DNA from: Tubulanus polymorphus
Lineage: Eukaryota > Animalia > Nemertea
NCBI RefSeq assembly: GCF_964204645.1
Contig: NC_134026.1
Span: 19,782,467 to 19,846,466, forward strand
DNA: 64,000 nucleotides
Reading direction: 5' to 3'
A model generated the notes under the pieces. The model did not search any database, was not told the origin of the DNA, and worked only from the letters and a program-made list of their open reading frames with translations. The stretch's first letter is position 1. The number at the start of each line of letters is the position of its first letter. This document shows positions 48,181 to 58,666 of the stretch, piece after piece. A program made the position numbers and the translations under genes.

Positions 48181-49380
48181 AGTATCAGCATCCCTCTCAG
48201 TTGGCAAACACAGTGTAAACATGCTCAAATGCCACTTTTAGGTAAATGGAGCCTCATACATGTTCTAGATAGCCTGAAAAATCATGAACATACCTTCAAA
48301 ATGAACTCAGGATCGGATGATGTGACATCTTCAGCGAGTTTAATCAGCTTTAATCTCTGTTCGTCTTGTTGATCCTTGTAATTCGGAACGTGAATCAACG
48401 AGGAACTAACAGCATTGATCAATGTACGCTGTAATCAAACATAGAAAACATTGTCTATAGTATCATCAATTTTTACTCCAATATTTTTTCTAGTTGTCCT
48501 TCACAATGGGGTTGAGCACAGCAGGGGTACCTGAGCTCAGCAACAGATGCTTTGCCTATCAGTCGGTTAACTTTGAATATGATTTCTAGGCTCCCGCATC
48601 CAAATGTCATTGGACAAGCCATGAACAAAATAATTTTCTAGCCTTTGGTCTAGTTTTCATCGATAACAGCCTGAGATCGGCTTTTTTAATGTTTGGTATA
48701 GTTAGCATCAAAAATAATAATAGCCCCTTTCCACTGAGCTGTTGATAAGTTAAACTTCATGCAGCTTTGAACAGGAAAGTTTTTTGTATGCATCTGAATG
48801 ACAGAACTGATGTTTCTGAACCAATTGACAGTGGTAGAGAGATCCAGATTTGAGGTGCTTTAACTAAGAATGAATAGCCGCTGAACAGCTTCAAATCGAT
48901 ACTATGAGGTGATAGACGGTCCTAAGAACTAGAAGATCGAAATCAGCCTATTCATTTCTGTGAAAAGTTGATTACCGGTAGATTCTCATTGAAATGTAAA
49001 CGATATTTTGCGTGCAGAAGATATACAGGGCATAATGGGTAACACACAGTTGCAGGATTGAAAAAGGACTGAGGGCCCAGGAGAGCAGTGCGTTCAATGG
49101 CACAATTCACCGATCCTTACTAAACTTTCAGGGCCCAGCTGCTTAACGAAAACTAACTTAGTTACTGATGTCTGCTATTAATTGATAGGTGCCAGCATCT
49201 TTCAATGGATATAAAAACTAATCACTAAATCACTAAATCCATCACTGATTTATGCATCGCACTGTTGTATAGATGTACTGAAAGATGTACCATACTTAGG
49301 AGGAGTCAGTTCCAATCATCACCACATTATCAACCGGTTGATTCATACCAACCTATAAGCAATGCGATTCATAGCAAAAA

Positions 49381-50061
49381 TTACGAATTTACCTTTGATT
49401 CTTCCAAAGTTTCCCCGAAAGCAGGTTCGAGCGGCATAGAAATAATCGGCAATTCTTCGGCGACGAGAAATTTTTCATCCGCAAATGCCTCATCGGTCAA
49501 ATCATAATACGGCATCGGATGAACGATATTATCGTGAACGGTGTAACTTTCTCGTTTTTCCGTCTTCAAACCGGCGGCGCCTGAGGATCGTACGGCAGAC
49601 GGCTTGAATAGCGGCGAAGACGACCGACCAGACAACGACGTCGTCAACAAAGACTTGTAAGTCGATGATGAGCCCGTAAGCGTCGATGATAAATTCCGAG
49701 TAAGATTTACGCCGCTCAATCTCAGACTATTTCCCGAAATCGAACTTCCCGATAGTAAATTCGATTTTGTCGTCAAACTGCTCTTCCCTGATAAACAAGT
49801 TGTTAAACTACTTTTCCCTAACGACGCAGATCCGACATTAGCACCTCTCAAGCCATTCGAGTCAGGACTTGGTATTTTATAGAGGAGCGGATTTTTCAAA
49901 CTGCCGAGAGATGTCAAAGGTTTTGAAGCGACGTCGCTCTTTCTTCCAGAGACATTTTCCGACCTTGAACGGCTACTGCCTTTTAGCGGAACTTTGCTAA
50001 CGGAAAAACTCGCTTTGGTTCTTTTATCTGCTGAAGAAAAAAAAACTTGGTACTCATGCAA
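49381..50061 (-). CDS. Ser-rich 226-aa ORF ending in a consensus donor; candidate 5' coding exon of the TEP1-like gene, or a separate disordered protein
   Basis: 681-nt ORF in AT-rich DNA, M at 50061, ending ...FGETLEESK|gtaaat in phase 0. This is phase-compatible with the exon at 47275..47436. No homology recognised. Confidence 0.35.
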   Translation of the reverse strand: MHEYQVFFSSADKRTKASFSVSKVPLKGSSRSRSENVSGRKSDVASKPLTSLGSLKNPLLYKIPSPDSNGLRGANVGSASLGKSSLTTCLSGKSSLTTKSNLLSGSSISGNSLRLSGVNLTRNLSSTLTGSSSTYKSLLTTSLSGRSSSPLFKPSAVRSSGAAGLKTEKRESYTVHDNIVHPMPYYDLTDEAFADEKFLVAEELPIISMPLEPAFGETLEESKVNS

Positions 50062-50815
50062 TTCCAGTTTAAAGTTTAACTCCTATAATCGATTTCATTT
50101 CTTCAATTTTTCAGTTTATTCTAAATTGATTTAGCAGAGTTAGGCCTAATCCTTTTTGCAAAGCCCCTGATTCACCTGCAAAATCGCTATAACAAGGATT
50201 CAAACCTTACAGAATTGGCAACTCGGAAAACCTAACTTACCAGACATAAGTGTCGAAGGCATAGTGCTGGTTAGCTGTAGGGAACATTTCGTGCTCACTA
50301 CCGTACTGTCACACTTTGTATCCATAACAGGAGCCATGTTGCCCTATTCGAACAAGAAAAAATAATTTCCAAGTTTGGCAAAAGTGAAAAATAGTTGAAT
50401 CTAGGCGACCAGGGACATGATGCCCATATGGGAAGTGGTTAGAAATACTCAACAATCCGACAATTTCAATATTCAATGCCCCTAGTGAGCATATATAATA
50501 CCAAATGACCTTGAAACTCACCAAATCATAGAATCTGCAATTTTTACAATTGATTGTGGTAGAAAAATATGCCTAATTTTCGCACTACTTATTGTTAAGT
50601 TTTGTGTGCTAAGATTGGTTTATATGGAAGAGCTCAGATGACATTCGAGATATGAGATATAACATACGAGATATGAGGAGATGCAACATACGAGATACGA
50701 CATAAATGGCATACAAGATACAACTTATTTACAGTACAGGTGTCCATCCGCCAGCGCCTCCTCGCTATATGTTTTTCAATATTCACTGCATATAAATCGT
50801 TTAATATTGATGCGT

Positions 50816-51094
50816 GGGTTTTACTAAAACTATGCACTACTAAAACGAAGACGGAAGACCTATGCACTTTGCGAGACTAAAACTACGCGTGACTAAAACG
50901 AAGACCGAAGACCTATGAACGCATTTGAAATCATAACTTGGGGCGCTATCTGTATATTCAACCACCTCTTTTGATGAGTATAGGCAATAGGGACCTACTA
51001 GATATAAACATACATAAGGAAACGTAAAATGTTCGGTTAATTTTCTCGGGTGCATAGGTCTTCGTTTTAGTAGTGCATAGTTTTAGTAACACCG
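50816..51094. repeat. inverted-repeat hairpin element with an internal direct duplication
   Basis: ttactaaaactatgcactactaaaacgaagacggaagacctatgcac (50821..) versus its reverse complement at 51049..51094. A third partial direct copy lies at 50881..50915. Confidence 0.55.
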
Positions 51095-51182
51095 TACAGT
51101 CATCGTCAATTATATGAAAACCAACATAGTCAACATTTTATTCAAACCAGATATCTTTTGGAAAATGGACACACGGACAAAA

Positions 51183-51423
51183 CGATTAGGCCATACTATG
51201 AACACCCTGGACTTGGCGCGGCGCCAGTGTTCCTCTCCTGCAGGTGATGACAAGTTTTTCAAATTACAAAATTAAAAAGATATCAAAGTTCAAAATATTA
51301 CGCTAGTTCTTGTCTTCCTTGGTCTGAAAACGGCCTGGTGTTCAGGGTCCGGGGTTCCGGTACTGCCTGCGGAAAAACTGCCCGGCAGGCCGCCCGCCTC
51401 TGCCGTACGGCTGGTTTTTTTAT
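51183..51423 (+). pseudogene. 5S-rRNA-like Pol III element interrupted by a 105-bp AT-rich insertion (51253..51357), ending in a T7 terminator
   Basis: aggccatactatgaacaccctggac resembles 5S GGCCATACCACCCTGAAC. cagggtccggggttccggtac resembles CAGGGTCGGGCCTGGTTAGTAC (box A region). It ends ccgtacggctggttttttt. It lies upstream of the TEP1-like gene. Confidence 0.4.
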
Positions 51424-52682
51424 TGTCTCAGAAATCAAAATTCTAAAAAAAACTCTGCAGCCGAAACATTCCGGCCCTCTTAGGCCCCATCTCCGCTGTT
51501 TGATACTTCTTCTAATTTACGATTGTATCAAAGACCCCTTGAATTCTTGAATCCTGAAACAACCCGGGAACGGGCCGTACATCGGTCTGGTCAATCCAGA
51601 TTAATAGAACTCAAGCGTGCTCTCTCTCAATTGTAGGTTTGTTATCCCCAAGCTAAATTCCATCCCTACCAAGCTACGGGGCAGACTAGTCCACTAGACC
51701 AGCCGTTGAGAGTCGAGACTGGCCAGTTTTTGTATCTAACCGCTGGGCATGCGGCACTGTCTTTCTATACTATGGGTAGGTGTGATTGCGGCTTAGTAAA
51801 ACTATTTGGCTATCTTTTTTTTCTGACATCTTTCATGAAAAGGGCCAATGGCTGAAACTGAATACCTTTTATTATAATCGGAGAATCCAATCTAAGAGAT
51901 CATTCTCATCAATTATCATGGTCAGTTTTAAAATTGTTTATTGAAAAAACTACAGGAACCACATAAATAAGTCTTTAGCATAACACAACACCTCTTACAT
52001 CCGTAAAGATAAGAGATCTATGGAATCATGAAGTAAAATTTTTCGAGGGAATAAGCGAACCTCCGGAACTTTGCTTATGGTGCGTTTGCACCCGTCGCAA
52101 AAAACATTGTGATAAACAAACTCAGCTGCACTCTGATAGTGCAAGGATCTGGGATTCTGATATTTGATGAATAATTCATTCAATACATTTATGTTATCTT
52201 AGTATTTCTAATTCATATCCATGTTTCAATTCATTCATTGAAATTCATAGTACACTAAACAAATTCCCTGTGTGTCGGACTTTAAAAAAAAACTCTTCGG
52301 TCATCGGCATTCGTAATATATACATAGGCCTACATAAGATAAAAATCTGCTAATGTACAAATCAAAAGAATCTAAAATCGAGAATTTATTTATTCAAACA
52401 ATCTAAAATATAAAATACACGACGTTTTGATCTCACCCTAGAGACCGTCGCCGGGTAGTGGGTTTTTATCTTATCCATTCACCATGTTTGGGTGTGGTTA
52501 TCGTAATATACATACATCTTTCATTCTTCATCGAAAACCCTCGATCGAACGCGAAGTTTAACTTGACTAGGCGCAATTCTTAGGACCAGCAATTTTACTG
52601 GGGCCATATATGGCTAACTCAAGAATTTGAATTTTGTACACTCGAAAATGGATTTTGGAATTTGAGGGGTTTTGATTATTCT

Positions 52683-53421
52683 AATACCTAGCAGTTGGTC
52701 CTCAAACAACGTCTAGGGCAAAGTGCACATATAAGGTTAGGACGAGGCTTTGAGCGTCTATTTCACCATTTAAAACACCATCAACTTACCTCAAACTGAT
52801 TGTTCTGTAATCAGATGGAAGTTAACTATTGTTTGGGCATAAATTTAAAATCCTAAGTAGCTTGTGACGATCGTAGCAACTCAAAACTTTTGAATAGTCG
52901 CCTCAAAAAATAGTTGAAGTGAAGCAACATAACAAATATAGCGGCTTTTCGTGTTGCATGATGGGAGGGTAAATTACGGATTCAGACTTAAACTTGGACT
53001 GACATTGATGCCAATGCAGATATTATTCTTGTTTCAAATTCTTAAGGTAAAATTCGCCAAAATAAATGCTTTTATCAACAAAAAATAACATTTAGAGTAA
53101 TTTTAGAGAGACACATTGAATTTTCACATCTTATCAATTTAGTCTGTATTGGAAATCCCGATTGTGGCAATCAATTCAATTAAAATCAAATCAATAAATT
53201 CTCCGGTTCTGGATTTAAATCATCAAAAGTATTATTATAAAACATGTTTTCAAAGTCAAAAAGGTAACTAATTAATTTATTTGAGTACAAAGGTTTGATT
53301 TGACACTAAAATCAGTTGTTGCATTGCAATAAACAGGATCGAGTTAACCTCTATATGTCAGTTTGGCGTCAGACGTTGTAGGGAACCGTAACAACGACTG
53401 GTATTCGGACTAGTGTCTATT
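52683..53421. repeat. left arm of a ~740-bp inverted repeat that encloses the SUPV3L1 5' region
   Basis: Reverse-complement match to 55989..56730 over about 740 bp, e.g. cttaaggtaaaattcgccaaaataaatgc versus gcatttattttggcgaattttacc. Confidence 0.8.
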
Positions 53422-54222
53422 TCAACCTGACTTGAGAGCATTCCGGGTGGCCTAGCTCAGTCAGTATTGTTACTACATACCTGATAAAGGTCTTATTAGG
53501 ACCAGAATGCATTGGCAGCTGACCTTAAATATACCCCAGTGAAGTTCATTACTTGTTCCTTATTCCTTATTCCGTTACTTATTCAGAATTCAACTCCCAA
53601 TAAGGAACAAGTAACATGTTACTTGTTCCTTATTCAGATTTTCTTGTTACTTATTCAGAATTCATCTCCCAATAAGGATAAGTATAAGTAACATGTTACT
53701 TGTTCCTTGTTCCTTATTCAGATTTTCGACTTTACCGGTTCAATTTTCGTTACTTATTGAGAATTCATCTCCCAATAAGGAGCAAGTTACTTGTTCCTTA
53801 TTGGGCGGTGAATTCTGAATAAGTAACAAGAAAATCTGATTAAGGAACAAGTAACAAGTGTTACTTGTTCCTTATTGGGAGATGAATTCTGAATAAGTAA
53901 CGAAAATTGAACCGGTAAAGACGAAAATCTGAATAAGTAATATTCATGTCTCCATGCCTACCAACTGAAATTTGATACGTAGGCATGGAAACATATTGTT
54001 AAACTTTCAAATCATGGAGTCACTTCTCTTCATTTAACCCCTTTCAGTGAAGACTTTTTGGATATCCTTCAATACAGTTTCAAATGGATTAAAAAATGAT
54101 GATTTAGGTTGACTGCCTGTCTTTTCTGGTCCTAATAAGACCTTTATCAGGTATGTACTACCAAAAATGAGCGAGCTAGGCCACCCGGAATGCTTTCAAG
54201 TCAGGTTGAAATAGACATTAGG
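53422..54222. mobile_element. Foldback-like element nested at the inner end of the left arm
   Basis: About 90-bp terminal inverted repeats (TIRs) (tgtctatttcaacctgacttgagagcattccgggtggcctagctc ... reverse complement). The interior is built from palindromic subrepeats ggaacaagtaacatgttacttgttcc / cagaattcatctcccaataagg. Confidence 0.75.
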
Positions 54223-54661
54223 TTTTGGAGGATCAAGGGGCTGTAGCCCCGGCGTATTCGGAGCCCAACTTGAATCACCGGACCCTTGGTGTCTCACTCT
54301 AGAGTGGCCCAGCTTCGCCGAAGCGAGCACCGGCGCGGCTGGCAAGAATGCCAGGTGTAGAGAGCTTATAGTGGTTGATCGACAGGGGGTCTCACAAATT
54401 ACGAAAGACGATGCGATACGGTTTCGAAATCACTGGTGTTGATCAGAGCCGTTGACCTGTCCACTTACTGACTAATGCCCGCTGGGCAGCCCACCGAATC
54501 AGCCACCTTAGATAACCGAAGTTTTCCCAGGTAAAAACTGGAGCACTGAATACGTAGTCACAAACCTGCAATTTGACAATTCCAATTTGACTGATTCTCA
54601 CTTGACAGCTCACTGACTGACATCGACAACGACGGTGACTGTCACTGCGCCCCTCCAGTCA

Positions 54662-55208
54662 CTAATGTCTATTTATTAATTGATGAGACCTGTTTTTCTG
54701 GGATATTTTGCTTACTTTTTGGGGTACATACCTCATTTATGTCTTAACAGAATGCCAAAAATCGCGGACAACAACTGAATATCCGATATATTTCCAGTTC
54801 TGTACCAATTAGATGGATTGGCAAAAAGACTCCTTAAGTCCAGTTGAATGAGAGAGAAAATCTTCCATTTTGTCAAATTTCTTGGATTTGAACATTGTTA
54901 CCATGCCTACGCCACCCTGATTTAGTTGTTGAGACCCCACAAGAAAAATAACTTCATTTCGTAGGCATGGTGACAATGTAAAAATTCAAGAAATTTGACA
55001 AAATGGAGGATTTTCTCTCTCATTCAACTGGACTTAAGGAGTCTTTTTGCCAATCCATCTAATTGGTACAGAACTGGAAATATATCGGATATTCAGTTGT
55101 TGTCCGCGATTTTTGGCATTCTGTTAAGACATAAATGAGGTATGTACCCCAAAAAGTAAGCAAAATATCCAAGAAAAACAGGTCTCATCCATTAATAAAT
55201 AGACATTA
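54662..55208. mobile_element. near-perfect hairpin element (about 250-bp arms, about 50-bp loop) 360 bp upstream of the SUPV3L1 ATG
   Basis: 54662..54910 is the reverse complement of 54960..55208 almost base for base. Both ends start gtctattt, like the neighbouring foldback element. Confidence 0.8.
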
Positions 55209-55444
55209 GTCAGCTTAGAACTGTATTACAATTTACATGGCACTTGAAAATTGATGAGAGTCTAGCTATAAAATGTTCTTACCCTCTTGATCCTACTACA
55301 GACGATATGAATTACACCACCACTACATCAGCCGCACAGTACGACTCACAGCACTGTCAATCATCAGTGCCGGCGCACTTTCGGTATTTCAGGTACATTG
55401 CGCAACATTCACTTCCGCGTTATTGCGTCCGTCCCGTAGTCCGA

Positions 55445-55461
55445 AACAAGATGGCTGCGCC
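55445..55461 (+). promoter_or_regulatory. YY1-type AAGATGGC core-promoter motif about 110 bp upstream of the SUPV3L1 ATG
   Basis: aacAAGATGGCtgcgcc closely matches the AAGATGGCGGC initiator/YY1 element common at housekeeping-gene transcription start sites. Confidence 0.4.
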
Positions 55462-55567
55462 CATGCACACGATGAAAAATCGAAAATTTATGTAATTTGT
55501 CAAGTTTTTGGCTAGAATACGTCGATCCAACCCCATCTATCGACTCGGTTGAATAGGAAAAGGCAAA

Positions 55568-55983
55568 ATGTCGACGTCAATTCTGAAATTTCACAACGGC
55601 AAGATTCTCGGAAGCCGTCAGTTTCGGCTATCGAGATGGGCGAGGATAATTCACAATGTCAATGCTTCGACTTCTTTTAGCATCAAATCCTCGTTATTGA
55701 CTTTGACTCAAGGACGTGTGTTTTCCGTGTTAACTTCGGCCGTGAAACTTCGGCCTCGAAATTGTCATTTGTGCTCGGTTAATAAGCACGTTGGGCCGTC
55801 TCAAATTTCGCGAAGAACAGTGCGCTATAAATCGGAATCAAAAGACGTCAATTCGTTATTTCAGCCAGCGCCATTTTCAGCTCAGCAATCAGTGACCGAT
55901 GTTGAGGTTGGCGCCGATCTGGCTGGACCTCTGAAAAAAGGTACTTTTCTAAAATTTTCTGAGATTATGCAACCTAAGACTGA
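55568..55983 (+). CDS. SUPV3L1: SUPV3L1 (SUV3 mitochondrial RNA helicase) exon 1 with the start codon and presequence
   Basis: MSTSILKFHNGKILGSRQFRLSRWARIIH is basic and hydroxylated like a mitochondrial targeting sequence. ...SLFQPAPFSAQQSVTDVEVGADLAGPLKKGTFLKFSEIMQPKT resembles human [46 protein letters not shown]. Donor GA|gttagg. Confidence 0.8.
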
Positions 55984-55988
55984 GTTAG

Positions 55989-56730
55989 GCTAGTCTGAAT
56001 ACCAGTCGTTGTTACGGTTCCGTACAACGTCTGACGCTAAAGTATCATATAGAGGTTAACTCCTGTTAATTGCAATGCAACAACTGATTTTAGTGTCAAA
56101 TCAAACCTTTGTACTAGAATAAATAAATTAGTTACCTTGTTGACTTTGAAAACTTGTTTTATAATAAATTTTTTAAATCGCGAACCGGAGAATTTATTGA
56201 TTTGATTTGAATTGAATTGATTGCCACTATCGGGATTGCCAAGTCGGACTAAATTAATAAAATGTGAAAATTCAATATGTCTCTCTAAAATTACTCTAAA
56301 TGTTATTTTTTGTTGATAAAACGCATAAATTTTGGTTAATTTTAACCTGTATAATTTGAAACAAGAATAATATCTGCATTGTCACCAAGTTTAAGTTTGA
56401 ATCCGTAATTTACACTCCCATCATGCACCACGAAAAGCCGCCATATTTGTTATGTTGCTTCACTTCAACTGTTTTTTGAGGCGACAAGTCAAAAGTTTTG
56501 AGCTACTACGATCGTCATAAGCTACTTAGGATTACAAATTTATGCACAATCAATAGTTAACTTCCATCTGATTACAGAACAGTCAGTTTGAGGTAAGTTG
56601 ATGGTGTTTTAAGGGGTGAAATAGACGCTCAAAGCCTCGTCCCTCAAAATGAGGGACGAAAATTAACCTTATATGAGCACTTTCGCCCTAGACGTTGTTT
56701 CAGGAACAACGGTTAGGTACTAGACTAGAG
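55989..56730. repeat. right arm of the ~740-bp inverted repeat; it begins 5 bp after the SUPV3L1 exon-1 donor
   Basis: Reverse complement of 52683..53421. It carries a 22-bp palindromic insertion near 56650. Confidence 0.8.
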
Positions 56731-57040
56731 TTAGGCCTATGTGTTGAGGAAGTCTCTCTACAAGCCGACACATAGCTCAAGTAATGACATTATCTCTATA
56801 GCCACTAACTATCTCGAGCATTATTTTGTCTAAGTTTCATTTAATGAACAATTTCATGAGAGATTTAAGATATTTTAGACGTACAAACCATTTAATTAGT
56901 AAAGTACATTTAATTTGTCCTGGTTTGACTGTATAAAGATTTGCCCTCTGTTTGAATTACTGCTGGTAACTATTCGGCTGAAAAGTATGCTTTATTTTCC
57001 CAGATCAATTGTTGAGGTTGTTGAACCAGTTTTACCGTAG

Positions 57041-57081
57041 AACGGAGGTAAAGAAGTTAGCTGCGGAATGCGGACTGGACA
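57041..57081 (+). CDS. SUPV3L1: SUPV3L1 exon 2 (41 bp)
   Basis: ETEVKKLAAECGLD resembles human KLGADYGLD. Acceptor tttaccgtag| and donor A|gtacgt. Phase-consistent with both neighbours. Confidence 0.65.
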
Positions 57082-57389
57082 GTACGTATTAATCCACGTT
57101 GGAGGACCTATGGTTTCTAAAAAGCAGGAGCTGAAAAGAAAAATTAAAAGCCGTTCCAGTAATAGTTTGAAAAAGACTCGATTCAGAGATGAGAAAGAAG
57201 TTTTCTCATTCCTGCTTTGAATTTCTAGTTCAAAAATGGCAATTTCTGAAGGAAGGTCCAGGATAGTACCTGAAGACCTCCTTATATGCGCCCCTGATTG
57301 GCCGCTATCCCGAGCAGGAACTGCCCATCTATTTCAACGTAAGGTCTTGGTTTTGATTCATTCCTCATTGTGAAACATTTTTCTTTCAG

Positions 57390-57497
57390 ATCGGTTGTTC
57401 CATCAGGCATACATTAGCTTTCGCAAGTATTGCGTCGAAATGGAAGGACTTCCGGCTGCATTGCATGTAACGCTTAGTGATATTATCCAAGGTGCTG
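57390..57497 (+). CDS. SUPV3L1: SUPV3L1 exon 3
   Basis: NRLFHQAYISFRKYCVEMEGLPAALHVTLSDIIQGA resembles human ARLFHQAFISFRNYIMQSH..IVLNDICFGA. Acceptor tttctttcag| and donor G|gtaagt. Confidence 0.85.
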
Positions 57498-57776
57498 GTA
57501 AGTTATTCAAGACAAATCAATCCTCGCTTGCCAGGGGTCCGGTATCACTCCCGAACTCGCTTCCACCAGCCCCCTGGCCTCACGAAGCGTGATTTCATTA
57601 CTGGCGCTGTTGCGCGTGACGTCATATATCGATTTGCGAAATACTTCCTTGTTCGGTAAAACGTTTGCTGATTGGTCAATTTAACTGGAAAACCAACAGA
57701 AGTCTACTGACGGTTTGTTACAAGCGCTGTGATTGGTACGACCAGATTCTGGTCGGCTAGTAACGACTCCAACGAC

Positions 57777-57829
57777 TCGTGAGGTCAAGGGGTTCGGGGA
57801 ACAGCTTTAGCGTAGTGGGTTCGAATCCC
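57777..57829 (+). other. 53-nt tRNA-like minihelix: a 7-bp acceptor-like stem plus a T-arm (GGGTTCGAATCCC) without D or anticodon arms, in SUPV3L1 intron 3
   Basis: ggtcaag gg gttcggggaacagctttagcgtagt gggttcgaatccc cttgacc. Too short for a functional tRNA. Confidence 0.3.
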
Positions 57830-58069
57830 TTGACCGGTGAAGATGAGACGAATCTTATGTATCCGGCTTGTACGATTTTTTTCGCGCTGATTATTGAAGG
57901 CTTACAAATAAAAATTTTGTGAACCAGGGCGGATTATGCAATGCTACCCACCCCTTCAATGAATCTTTTGATTTCACTGTCATCCTTTGTATGAATGAAA
58001 TAACTACTGCTTAAAAGGTGTAGTTTATTATAAAAAGCTCAAGCATTCAGAAGTTAGTCTAAAATGGAA

Positions 58070-58150
58070 ATTTTAAAGCGCTCTGAGTCATAATGAGATT
58101 TAGCGCTATATAAAAATAAATTTTATTATTATTATTATTATTATGATCGT
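58070..58150 (+). repeat. short SINE-like element with an (ATT)n tail
   Basis: aagcgctctgagtcataatgagatttagcgctatataaaaataaattttattattattattatt. Further copies lie at 46013..46078 (+) and 63779..63865 (-). The last starts 3 bp after the SUPV3L1 exon-8 donor. Confidence 0.6.
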
Positions 58151-58551
58151 ATGTTTCATGATCAGCAATTTGAAAGATACATTTAAGTGCTTGGGTTTGC
58201 AAATCATGTAGATTTGCTGAACCATGCTTGCAATTTTACCATTTGAAAACCCCCAGCTTTGAGCTACTAGAATGTGCTAAACTTTAAGAATGTATTCTAG
58301 TTTACATAAGATCCTCTTCTCTAGTACAGTAGCGCTCGCTTACTTCGCATAACAAGGTACTGCTGAGATTTCTTCAATTAATGAAATCCTTGTTATGAAT
58401 AATTGTTTAAATGGTTTCTGGTTAAATGGACTAAAATAATTAGTTGTACTGTATTAGGCTTAAACTGTATTATTAGCAGACAAGCTTGTAACACGATCGA
58501 AGCAACAATATTTTCCATTTTCCTAAACATGCAGATTCGTTTTTATTTCAG

Positions 58552-58666
58552 GTCACGTTGATGACATTTTTCCATATTTTTTGCAACATGCAAAACATAT
58601 TTATCCTCATTTGGAATGTATGGATGATTTACGCAAAATCAGTGATCTGCGACATCCAGCTAATTG
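58552..58666 (+). CDS. SUPV3L1: SUPV3L1 exon 4
   Basis: [39 protein letters not shown] resembles human [38 protein letters not shown]. Donor TG|gtaaat. Confidence 0.9.

Noticed and set aside
49265-49507. 80-aa plus-strand ORF
   Set aside because: Antisense to the Ser-rich 226-aa minus-strand ORF. No supporting signals.
55244-55495. 83-aa plus ORF upstream of SUPV3L1
   Set aside because: It overlaps the promoter region and the end of the hairpin element and is out of frame with exon 1. It is more likely 5' UTR or promoter sequence.
57777-57829. Possible tRNA gene
   Set aside because: Only 53 nt. It lacks D and anticodon arms, so a cloverleaf cannot be drawn. It is kept only as a tRNA-like relic.
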